A stretch of 64,000 bases of DNA, taken from assembly GCA_964016885.1 (NCBI GenBank), contig OZ024740.1, positions 255,626,001-255,690,000 of the forward strand, in the 5' to 3' direction. Made by a program: the position numbers and the translations under genes. The notes under the pieces were generated by a model. That model was not told where the DNA came from and ran no database searches. It worked only from the letters and a program-made list of their open reading frames with translations. The DNA comes from Eledone cirrhosa (lineage: Eukaryota). Below, piece by piece: positions 1 to 16,350 of this stretch; position 1 is the stretch's first letter; the number at the start of each line of letters is the position of its first letter.

Positions 1-3000
1 CATAGACATACATTAACACATGGACATAGACATACATTAACACATGGACATAGACATACATTAATACATGGACATAGACATAGATTAACACATGGACACA
101 TACATACATTAACACATGGACACAGACATACATTAACAAATGGACATAGACATACATTAACACATGGACATATGCATACATTAACACATGGACATGGAAT
201 ACATTAACACATGGACATAGACATACATTAACACATGGACATAGACATACATTAACACATGTACATAGATATACGTTAACACATGTACATAGAGATACAT
301 TAACACGCGGACATAGACATACATTAACACATGTACATAGATATACATTAACACATGTACATAGACATACATTAACACATGTACATAGACATAAATTAAC
401 ACATGTACATAGACATACATTAACACATGGACACAGACATACATTAGCACATGGACACAGACATACATTAACACATGTACATAGATATACATTAACACAT
501 AGATATAGACATACATTAACAGATGTACATAGACATACATTAACACATGGACACAGTCATACATTAACACATGGGTATAGACATACATTAACACATGTAC
601 ATAGACATACATTAACACATGGACATAGATATACATTAACACATGGACATACATATACATTAACACATGGACATTGACATACATTAACACATGGACACAG
701 ACATACATTAACACATGGACATAGACATACATTAACACATGGACATAGACATACATTCATACATGGACATAGACATAGATTAACACATGGACACAGACAT
801 ACATTAACACATGGACACAGACATACATTAACAAATGGACATAGACATACATTAACACATGGACATATACATACATTAACACATGGACACGGACATACAT
901 TAACACATGAACATAGACATACATTAACACATGGACATAGACATACATTAACACATGTACATATACATACATTAACACATGGACATAGACACACATTAAC
1001 ACATGTACATAGACATACATTAACACATGGACACAGACATACATTAACACATGGACATAGACACACATTAACACATGGACATAGATATACATTAACACAT
1101 GGACACAGACATACATTAACACATGGACATAGATATACAATAACATATGTACATAGACATACATTAACACATGGACATAGACATATATTAACACATGGAC
1201 ATAGACATACATTAACACATGGACATAGACATACATTAACACATGGACACAGACATACATTAACACATGGACATAGACATACATTAACACATGGACATAG
1301 ACATACATTAACACATGGACATAGACATACATTAACACATGGACACAGACATACGTTAACACATGGACATAGATATACGTTAACACATGGACATAGACAT
1401 ACATTAACACATGCACATAGACATACATTAACACATGTACATAGAGATACATTAACACGTGGACATAGACATACATTAACACATGTACATAGATATACAT
1501 TAACACATGTACGTAGACATATATTAACACATGTACATAGACATAAATTAACACATGTACATAGACATACATTAACACATGGACATAGACATACATTAAC
1601 AGATGTACATAGACATACATTAACACATGGACACATCATACATTAACACATGGACATTGACATACATTAACACATGGATATAGATATACATTAACACATG
1701 GACATAGACATACATTAACACATGGACATAGACATACATTAACACATGGACACAGACATACATTACCACATGGACACAGACATACATTAACTCATGTACA
1801 TAGACATACATAAACATGTACATAGAGATACATTAACACATGGACATTGACATACATTAACACATGTACATAGATATACATTAACACATGGACATACATA
1901 TACATTACCACATGGACACAGACATACATTAACACATGGACATTGACATACATTAACACATGGACATAGATATACATTAACACATGGACATACATATACA
2001 TTAACACATGGACATAGACATACATTAAAACATGGACACAGACATACATTAACACATGGACATAGACATACATTAACACATGTACATAGACATACATTAA
2101 CACATGGACATAGACATAGATTAACACATGGACACAGACATACATTAACACATGGACACAGACATACATTAACAAATGGAAATAGACATAAATTAACACA
2201 TGGACATAGACATACATTAACACATGGACACAGACATACATTAACACATGTACATAGAGATACATTACCACATGGACACAGACATACATTAACACATGGA
2301 CATTGACATACATTAACACATGGACATAGATATACATTAACACATGGACATACATATACATTAACACATGGACATAGACATACATTAGCACATGGACACA
2401 GACATACATTAACACATGTACATAGATATACATTAACACATGGATATAGACATACATTAACATATGTACATAGACATACATTAACACATGGACACAGACA
2501 TACATTAACACATGGACATAGACATACATTAACACATGGACATAGACATACATTAACACATGTACATAGACATACATTAACACATGAACATAGAGATTCA
2601 TTAACGAGTGGACATAGACATACATTAACACATGTACATAGATATACATTAACACATGTACATAGACATACATTAACACATGGTCATAGACATACATTAA
2701 CACATGGACACAGACATACATTAACAGATGTACATAGACATACATTAACACATGGACACAGTCATACATTAACACCTGGACACAGACATACATTAACACC
2801 CGGACATAGAGATACATTAACACATGCCATAGATATACATTAACACATGGACATAGAGATACATTAACACATGGACATAGACATACATTAACAGATGGAA
2901 ACAGACATACATTAACACATGCACATAGACATACATTAACACATGTACATAGACATACATTAACACATGCAGATAGACATACATTAACACATGTACATAG

Positions 3001-6000
3001 ACATACATTAACGCATAGACATAGAGATACATTAACACATGGACATAGAGATACATTAACACATGGACATAGACATACATTAACACATGGAAACAGACAT
3101 ACATTAACTCATGGACATAGAGATACATTAACACATGTACATAGACATACATTAACACATGGACATAGACATACATTAACACATGTACATAGACATACAT
3201 TAACACATGGACACAGACATACATTAACACCCGGACATAGAGATACATTAACACATGGACATAGATATACATTAACACATGGACATAGACATACATTAAC
3301 ACATGTACATAGAGATACATTAACACATGGACACATATATACATTAACACATGTACATAGACATACATTAACACATGGACATAGACATACATTAACACAT
3401 GGACACAGACATACATTAACACATGGACATCGACATACATTAACACACGGACATAGAGATACATTAACACCTGGACATAGACATACATTAACACATGGAC
3501 ATAGACATACATTAACACACGGACATGGACATACATTAACACATGTACATATACATAAATTAACACATGTACATAGACATACATTAACACATGAACATAG
3601 AGATACATTAACACGTGGACATAGATATACATTAACACATGAACATAGACATACATTAACACATGTACATAGATATACATTAACACATGGACATAGACAT
3701 ACATTAACACATGGACATAGACATACGTTAACACATGGACATAGAGATACATTAACACATGGATATAGACATACATTAACACATGGACATAGACATACAT
3801 TAACACATGGACACAGACATACATTAACACACGGACATAGAGATACATTAACACATGGACATAGATATACATTAACACATGGACATAGAGATACATTAAC
3901 ACATGTACATAGACATACATTAACACATGGACACAGACATACATTAACACATGTACATAGAGATACATTAACACATGGACACATATATACATTAACACAT
4001 GTACATAGACATACATTAACACATGGACATAGACATACATTAACACATGGACACAGACATACATTAACACATGGACATAGACATACATTAACACACGGAC
4101 ATAGAGATACATTAACACATGGACATAAACATACATTAACACATGGACATAGACATACATTAACACACGGACATGGACATACATTAACACATGTACATAT
4201 ACATAAATTAACACATGTACATAGACATGTATTAACACATGGACACAGACATACATTAACACATGGACACAGACATACATTAACACATGGACACAGACAT
4301 ACATTAACACATGGACATAGACATATATTAACACATGGACATAGACATACATTAACACATGTACATAGACATACATTAACACATGAACATAGAGATACAT
4401 TAACACGTGGACATAGACATACATTAACACATGTACATAGATATACATTAACACATGTACATAGACATACATTAACACATGTACATAGACATAAATTAAC
4501 ACATGTACATAGACATACATTAACACATGGACATAGACATACATTAACACATGAACACAGACATACATTAACACATGTACATAGACATACATTAACACAT
4601 GGATATAGACATACATTAACAGATGTACATAGACATACATTAACACATGGACACAGTCATACATTAACACATGGGCATAGACATACATTAACACATGTAC
4701 ATAGACATACATTAACGCATAGACATAGAGATACATTAACACATGGACATAGAGATACATTAACACATGGACATAGACATACATTAACACATGGAAACAG
4801 ACATACATTAACACATGGACATGGAGATACATTAACAAATGTACATAGACATACATTAACACATGGACATAGACATACATTAACACATGTACATAGACAT
4901 ACATTAACACATGGACACAGACATACATTAACACCCGGACATAGAGATACATTAACACATTGACATAGACATACATTAACACATGGACATAGAGATACAT
5001 TAACACATGGACATAGACATACATTAACAGATGGAAACAGGCATACATTAACACATGGACATAGACATACATTAACACATGTACATAGAGATGCATTAAC
5101 ACATGGACATAGACATACATCAACACATGGACATACATATACATTAACACATGGACATAGACATACATTAACACATGGACACAGACATACATTAACACAT
5201 GGACATAGACATACATTAACACATGGACATAGACATACATTAATACATGCACATAGACATAGATTAACACATGGACACATACATACATTAACACATGGAC
5301 ACAGACATACATTAACAAATGGACATAGACATACATTAACACATGGACATATGCATACATTAACACATGGACACGGAATACATTAACACATGGACATAGA
5401 CATACATTAACACATGGACATAGACATACATTAACACATGTACATAGATATACGTTAACACATGTACATAGAGATACATTAACACGCGGACATAGACATA
5501 CATTAACACATGTACATAGATATACATTAACACATGTACATAGACATACATTAACACATGTACATAGACATAAATTAACACATGTACATAGACATACATT
5601 AACACATGGACACAGACATACATTAGCACATGGACACAGACATACATTAACACATGTACATAGATATACATTAACACATAGATATAGACATACATTAACA
5701 GATGTACATAGACATACATTAACACATGGACACAGTCATACATTAACACATGGGTATAGACATACATTAACACATGTACATAGACATACATTAACACATG
5801 GACATAGATATACATTAACACATGGACATACATATACATTAACACATGGACATTGACATACATTAACACATGGACACAGACATACATTAACACATGGACA
5901 TAGACATACATTAACACATGGACATAGACATACATTCATACATGGACATAGACATAGATTAACACATGGACACAGACATACATTAACACATGGACACAGA

Positions 6001-7740
6001 CATACATTAACAAATGGACATAGACATACATTAACACATGGACATATACATACATTAACACATGGACACGGACATACATTAACACATGAACATAGACATA
6101 CATTAACACATGGACATAGACATACATTAACACATGTACATAGACATACATTAACACATGGACATAGACACACATTAACACATGTACATAGACATACATT
6201 AACACATGGACACAGACATACATTAACACATGGACATAGACACACATTAACACATGGACATAGATATACATTAACACATGGACACAGACATACATTAACA
6301 CATGGACATAGATATACAATAACACATGTACATAGACATACATTAACACATGGACATAGACATACATTAACACATGTACATAGACATACATTAACACATG
6401 TACATAGAGATACATTAACACGTGGACATAGACATACATTAACACATGTACATAGATATACATTAACACATGTACATAGACATATATTAACACATGTACA
6501 TAGACATAAATTAACACATGTACATAGACATACATTAACACATGGACACAGACATACATTAACACATGGACACAGACATACATTAACACATGTACATAGA
6601 CATACATTAACACATGGACATAGACATACATTAACAGATGTACATAGACATACATTAACACATGGACACATCATACATTAACACATGGACATTGACATAC
6701 ATTAACACATGGATATAGATATACATTAACACATGGACATAGACATACATTAACACATGGACATAGACATACATTAACACATGGACACAGACATACATTA
6801 CCACATGGACACAGACATACATTAACTCATGTACATAGACATACATAAACACATGTACATAGAGATACATTAACACATGGACATTGACATACATTAACAC
6901 ATGTACATAGACATACATTGACACATGGACATAGAGATACATTAACACATGGACACAGACATACATTAACACATGGACATTGACATACATTAACACATGG
7001 ACATAGATATACATTAACACATGGACATACATATACATTACCACATGGACACAGACATACATTAACACATGAACATTGACATACATTAACACATGGACAT
7101 AGATATACATTAACACATGGACATACATATACATTAGCACATGGACATAGACATACATTAAAACATGGACACAGACATACATTAACACATGGACATAGAC
7201 ATACATTAACACATGTACATAGACATACATTAACACATGGACATAGACATAGATTAACACATGGACACAGACATACATTAACACATGGACACAGACATAC
7301 ATTAACAAATGGAAATAGACATAAATTAACACATGGACATAGACATACATTAACACATGGACACAGACATACATTAACACATGTACATAGAGATACATTA
7401 ACACGTGGACATAGACATACATTAACACATGTACATAGATATACATTAACACATGTACATAGACATATATTAACACATGTACATAGACATGAATTAACAC
7501 ATGTACATAGACATACATTAACACATGGACACAGACATACATTAACACATGGACACAATCATACACTACCACATGGACATAGACATACATTAAAACATGG
7601 ACACAGACATACATTAACACATGTACATAGACACACATTAACACATGGACATAGACACACATTAACACATGGACATAGATATACATTAACACATGGACAC
7701 AGACATACATTAACACATGGACATAGATATACATTAACAC
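1..7740 (+). repeat. Subfamily I domain (first occurrence), with an embedded subfamily III block at about 2750-5350
   Basis: Markers are 23-bp monomers with ggaatacatt (~196, ~5375) and ggacacatcatac (~1631, ~6667), plus acgcggac, cagtcatac and cattgac. The start of the window recurs at an offset of 5179 (ORFs 181..756 and 5360..5935 differ by one residue). The subfamily III block is marked by cccggac, ggaaacag, acgcatag and many agagatac units. Boundaries approximate. Confidence 0.7.
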
Positions 7741-10700
7741 ATGTACAGAGATATACATTAACACATGGACATAGAGATACATTAACAGATTGACAGAGAT
7801 ATATATTAACACATAGACATACATATACATTAACACATGGACATAGACATACATTAACACATGGACATAGACATACATTAACACATGGACACAGACATAC
7901 ATTAACACATGGACATAGACATACATTAACACATGGACATAGAAATACATTAACACATGGACATAGACATACATTAACACATGGACATAGAGATACATTA
8001 ATACATGGATATAGACATACATTAATACATGTAGATAGACATACATTAACACATGTACATAGACATGCATTAACACATGGACATAGATATACATTAACAC
8101 ATGGACATAGACATACATTAACACATGTACATAGACATACATTAACACATGGACATAGATATACACTGACACATTGACATAGACATGCATTAACACATGT
8201 ACATAGATATACATTAACACATAGACATAGATATACATTAACACATGGACATAGACATACATTAACACATGTAAATAGACATACATTAACACATAGACAT
8301 ACATATACATTAACACATGTACATAGATATAAATTAACACATAGACATAAATATACATTAACACATGGACATAGACATACATTAACACATGGAGATAGAT
8401 ATACATGAACACATAGACATACATATACATTAACACATGTACATAGATATACATTAACACATAGACATAGATATACATTAACACATGGACATAGACATAC
8501 ATTAACACATGTACATAGATATACATTAACACATGTACATAGACATACATTAACACATGGACATAGACATACATTAACACATGGAGATAGATATACGTGA
8601 ACACATAGACATACATATACATTAACACATAGACAGAGACATACATTAACACTTGGACATAGACTTACATTAACACATGGACACAGACATACATTAACAC
8701 ATGGATATAGACATACATTAACACATGGACACAGACATACATTAACACATGGACAGAGATATACATTAACACATGAACATAGAGATACATTAACAGATGG
8801 ACAGAGATATACATTAACACATGGACATACATATACATTAACACATGGACATAGACATACATTAACACATGGACATAGATATACATTAACACATGGACAT
8901 AAGATACATTAACACATGGATATAGACATGCATTAACACATGGACATAGACATACATTAACACATGGACATAGACAAACATTAACACATGGACATAGATA
9001 TACATTAACACATGGACATAGACATACATTAACACATGGACATAGATATACATTAACACATGGACAGAGATATACATTAACACATGGACATAGAGATACA
9101 TTAACAGATGGACAGAGATATACATTAACACATGGACATACATATACATTAACACATGGACATAGACATACATTAACACATGGACATAGATATACATTAA
9201 CACATGTACATAGACATACATTAACACATGGACATAGAGATACATTAACACATGGACATAGACATACATTAATACATGTAGATAGACATACATTAACACA
9301 TGTACATAGACATGCATTAACACATGGACATAGACATACATTAACATATGTACATAGACATACATTAACACATGGACACAGACATACATTAACATATGTA
9401 CATAGACATACATTAACACATGGAGATAGATATACATGAACACATAGACATACATATACATTAACACATGTACATAGATATACATTAAAACATGGACATA
9501 GACATACATTAACACATGGACATAGACATACATTAACACATGGACATAGATATACATTAACACATGTACATAGACATACATTAACACATGGACATAGACA
9601 TACATTAATACATGGAGATAGATATACGTGAACACATAGACATACATATACATTAACACATAGACAGAGACATACATTAACACTTGGACATAGACTTACA
9701 TTAACACATGGACACAGACATACATTAACACATGGATATAGACATACATTAACACATGGACACAGACATACATTAACACATGGACAGAGATATACATTAA
9801 CACATGAACATAGAGATACATTAACAGATGGACAGAGATATACATCAACACATGGACATACATATACATTAACACATGGACATAGACATACATTAACACA
9901 TGGACATAGATATACATTAACACATGGACATAAGATACATTAACACATGGATATAGACATGCATTAACACATGGACATAGACATACATTAACACATGGAC
10001 ATAGACATACATTAACACATGGACATAGATATACATTAACACATGGACATAGACATACATTAACACATGGACATAGATATACATTAACACATGGACAGAG
10101 ATATACATTAACACATGGACATAGAGATACATTAACAGATGGACAGAGATATACATTAACACATGGACATACATATACATTAACACATGGACATAGACAT
10201 ACATTAACACATGGACATAGATATACATTAACACATGGACATAGACATACATTAACACATGGACATAGAAATACATTAACACATGGACATAGACATACAT
10301 TAACACATGTACATAAACATACATTGACACATAGACATACATATACATTAACACATGTACATAGATATGCATTAACACATAGACATAGATATACATTAAT
10401 ACATGGACATAGACATACATTAACACATGTACATAGATATATATTAACACATGGACATAGACATACATTAACACATGTACATAGATATACATTAACACAT
10501 AGACATACATATACATTAACCCCTGTACATAGATATAAATTAACACATAGACATAAATATACATTAACACATGGACATAGACATACATTAACACATGGAG
10601 ATAGATATACATGAACACATAGACATACATATACATTAACACATGTACATAGATATACATTAACACATGGACATAGACATACATTAACACATGGACATAG

Positions 10701-13700
10701 ACATACATTTACACATGGACATAGACATACATTAACACATGGAGATAGATATACATGAACACATAGACATACATATACATTAACACATGTACATAGATAT
10801 ACATTAACACATAGACATAGATATACATTAACACATGTACATAGATATACATTAAAACATGGACATAGACATACATTAACACATGGACATAGACATACAT
10901 TAACACATGGACATAGATATACATTAACACATGTACATAGACATACATTAACACATGGACATAGACATACATTAACACATGGAGATAGATATACATGAAC
11001 ACATAGACATACATATACATTAACACACAGACATAGACATACATTAACACATGGACATAGAGATACATTAACACGTGGACATAGACATACATTAACACAT
11101 GTACATAGATATACATTAACACATGTACATAGACATATATTAACACATGTACATAGACATGAATTAACACATGTACATAGACATACATTAACACATGTAC
11201 ATAGACACACATTAACACATGGACATAGACACACATTAACACATGGACATAGATATACATTAACACATGGACACAGACATACATTAACACATGGACATAG
11301 ATATACATTAACACATGTACAGAGATATACATTAACACATGGACATAGAGATACATTAACAGATTGACAGAGATATATATTAACACATAGACATACATAT
11401 ACATTAACACATGGACATAGACATACATTAACACATGGACATAGACATACATTAACACATGGACACAGACATACATTAACACATGGACATAGACATACAT
11501 TAACACATGGACATAGAAATACATTAACACATGGACATAGACATACATTAACACATGGACATAGTGATACATTAATACATGGATATAGACATACATTAAT
11601 ACATGTAGATAGACATACATTAACACATGTACATAGACATGCATTAACACATGGACATAGATATACATTAACACATGGACATAGACATACATTAACACAT
11701 GTACATAGACATACATTAACACATGGACATAGATATACACTGACACATTGACATAGACATACATTAACACATGTACATACATATACATTAACACATGTAC
11801 ATAGATATAAATTAACACATAGACATAAATATACATTAACACATGGACATAGACATACATTAACACATGGAGATAGATATACATGAACACATAGACATAC
11901 ATATACATTAACACATGTACATAGATATACATTAACACATAGACATAGATATACATTAACACATGGACATAGACATACATTAACACATGTACATAGATAT
12001 ACATTAACACATGTACATAGACATACATTAACACATGGACATAGACATACATTAACACATGGAGATAGATATACGTGAACACATAGACATACATATACAT
12101 TAACACATAGACAGAGACATACATTAACACTTGGACATAGACTTACATTAACACATGGACACAGACATACATTAACACATGGATATAGACATACATTAAC
12201 ACATGGACACAGACATACATTAACACATGGACAGAGATATACATTAACACATGAACATAGAGATACATTAACAGATGGACAGAGATATACATTAACACAT
12301 GGACATACATATACATTAACACATGGACATAGACATACATTAACACATGGACATAGATATACATTAACACATGGACATAAGATACATTAACACATGGATA
12401 TAGACATGCATTAACACATGGACATAGACATACATTAACACATGGACATAGACAAACATTAACACATGGACATAGATATACATTAACACATGGACATAGA
12501 CATACATTAACACATGGACATAGATATACATTAACACATGGACAGAGATATACATTAACACATGGACATAGAGATACATTAACAGATGGACAGAGATATA
12601 CATTAACACATGGACATACATATACATTAACACATGGACATAGACATACATTAACACATGGACATAGATATACATTAACACATGTACATAGACATACATT
12701 AACACATGGACATAGAGATACATTAACACATGGACATAGACATACATTAATACATGTAGATAGACATACATTAACACATGTACATAGACATGCATTAACA
12801 CATGGACATAGACATACATTAACATATGTACATAGACATACATTAACACATGGACACAGACATACATTAACATATGTACATAGACATACATTAACACATG
12901 GAGATAGATATACATGAACACATAGACATACATATACATTAACACATGTACATAGATATACATTAAAACATGGACATAGACATACATTAACACATGGACA
13001 TAGACATACATTAACACATGGACATAGATATACATTAACACATGTACATAGACATACATTAACACATGGACATAGACATACATTAATACATGGAGATAGA
13101 TATACGTGAACACATAGACATACATATACATTAACACATAGACAGAGACATACATTAACACTTGGACATAGACTTACATTAACACATGGACACAGACATA
13201 CATTAACACATGGATATAGACATACATTAACACATGGACACAGACATACATTAACACATGGACAGAGATATACATTAACACATGAACATAGAGATACATT
13301 AACAGATGGACAGAGATATACATCAACACATGGACATACATATACATTAACACATGGACATAGACATACATTAACACATGGACATAGATATACATTAACA
13401 CATGGACATAAGATACATTAACACATGGATATAGACATGCATTAACACATGGACATAGACATACATTAACACATGGACATAGACATACATTAACACATGG
13501 ACATAGATATACATTAACACATGGACATAGACATACATTAACACATGGACATAGATATACATTAACACATGGACAGAGATATACATTAACACATGGACAT
13601 AGAGATACATTAACAGATGGACAGAGATATACATTAACACATGGACATACATATACATTAACACATGGACATAGACATACATTAACACATGGACATAGAT

Positions 13701-16350
13701 ATACATTAACACATGGACATAGACATACATTAACACATGGACATAGAAATACATTAACACATGGACATAGACATACATTAACACATGTACATAAACATAC
13801 ATTGACACATAGACATACATATACATTAACACATGTACATAGATATGCATTAACACATAGACATAGATATACATTAATACATGGACATAGACATACATTA
13901 ACACATGTACATAGATATATATTAACACATGGACATAGACATACATTAACACATGTACATTGATATACATTAACACATAGACATACATATACATTAACCC
14001 CTGTACATAGATATAAATTAACACATAGACATAAATATACATTAACACATGGACATAGACATACATTAACACATGGAGATAGATATACATGAACACATAG
14101 ACATACATATACATTAACACATGTACATAGATATACATTAACACATGGACATAGACATACATTAACACATGGACATAGACATACATTTACACATGGACAT
14201 AGACATACATTAACACATGGAGATAGATATACATGAACACATAGACATACATATACATTAACACATGTACATAGATATACATTAACACATAGACATAGAT
14301 ATACATTAACACATGTACATAGATATACATTAAAACATGGACATAGACATACATTAACACATGGACATAGACATACATTAACACATGGACATAGATATAC
14401 ATTAACACATGTACATAGACATACATTAACACATGGACATAGACATACATTAACACATGGAGATAGATATACATGAACACATAGACATACATATACATTA
14501 ACACACAGACATAGACATACATTAACACATGGACATAGAGATACATTAACACGTGGACATAGACATACATTAACACATGTACATAGATATACATTAACAC
14601 ATGTACATAGACATATATTAACACATGTACATAGACATGAATTAACACATGTACATAGACATACATTAACACATGTACATAGACACACATTAACACATGG
14701 ACATAGACACACATTAACACATGGACATAGATATACATTAACACATGGACACAGACATACATTAACACATGGACATAGATATACATTAACACATGTACAG
14801 AGATATACATTAACACATGGACATAGAGATACATTAACAGATTGACAGAGATATATATTAACACATAGACATACATATACATTAACACATGGACATAGAC
14901 ATACATTAACACATGGACATAGACATACATTAACACATGGACACAGACATACATTAACACATGGACATAGACATACATTAACACATGGACATAGAAATAC
15001 ATTAACACATGGACATAGACATACATTAACACATGGACATAGTGATACATTAATACATGGATATAGACATACATTAATACATGTAGATAGACATACATTA
15101 ACACATGTACATAGACATGCATTAACACATGGACATAGATATACATTAACACATGGACATAGACATACATTAACACATGTACATAGACATACATTAACAC
15201 ATGGACATAGATATACACTGACACATTGACATAGACATACATTAACACATGTACATAGATATACATTAACACATAGACATAGATATACATTAACACATGG
15301 ACATAGACATACATTAACACATGTACATAGACATACATTAACACATAGACATACATATACATTAACACATGTACATAGATATAAATTAACACATAGACAT
15401 AAATATACATTAACACATGGACATAGACATACATTAACACATGGAGATAGATATACATGAACACATAGACATACATATACATTAACACATGTACATAGAT
15501 ATACATTAACACATAGACATAGATATACATTAACACATGGACATAGACATACATTAACACATGTACATAGATATACATTAACACATGGACATAGACATAC
15601 ATTAACACATGGACATAGACATACATTAACACATGGACATAGACATACATTAACACATGGAGATAGATATACATGAACACATAGACATACATATACATTA
15701 ACACATGTACATAGATATACATTAAAACATGGACATAGACATACATTAACACATGGACATAGACATACATTAACACATGGACATAGATATACATTAACAC
15801 ATGTACATAGACATACATTAACACATGGACATAGACATACATTAACACATGGAGATAGATATACGTGAACACATAGACATACATATACATTAACACATAG
15901 ACAGAGACATACATTAACACTTGGACATAGACATACATTAACACATGGACACAGACATACATTAACACATGGACATAGACATACATTAACACATGGACAG
16001 AAATATACATTAACACATGAACATAGAGATACATTAACAGATGGACAGAGATATACATTAACACATGGACATACATATACATTAACACATGGACATAGAC
16101 AAACATTAACACATGGACATAGATATACATTAACACATGGACATAAGATACATTAACACATGGATATAGACATACATTTACACATGGACATAGACATACA
16201 TTAACACATGTACATAGACATACATTAACACATGGATATAGATATACATTAACACATGGACATAGACATACATTAACACATGGACATAGATATACATTAA
16301 CACATGGACAGAGATATACATTAACACATGGACATAGAGATACATTAACA
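7740..16350 (+). repeat. Subfamily II domain
   Basis: Diagnostic variants that are nearly absent from subfamily I: ggagatagatatacatgaac, acatagacatacatatac, gtagatag, actgacacattgac, gacagagat, and the 23-bp monomer ggacataagatac (~8901, 9931, 12379, 13409, 16145). Boundaries approximate. Confidence 0.75.
8297..15257 (+). repeat. Near-perfect 3478-bp tandem duplication (145 monomers, two of them 23 bp)
   Basis: ORF coordinates recur at exactly +3478 (8665/12143, 8886/12364, 9696/13174, 9917/13395, 10709/14187). The 512-aa pair differs at one residue (a>t at 13961). Rare variants aacccctg, catttac, agtgatac and catcaac occur once in each copy. Confidence 0.92.

Noticed and set aside
255-275. 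ATGTACAT/ACATGT palindromes and purine-pyrimidine alternation as hairpin, terminator or Z-DNA elements
   Set aside because: The palindromes are only 6-8 bp. The alternating tracts are short, AT-rich and broken in each monomer by TTAA and AG. There are no G-runs for quadruplexes.
3300-4230. A 648-bp offset seen both here (3331/3979) and for the tract at 27410, as a preferred recombination distance
   Set aside because: Only two instances among many offsets that must be near-multiples of 24, so coincidence cannot be excluded.
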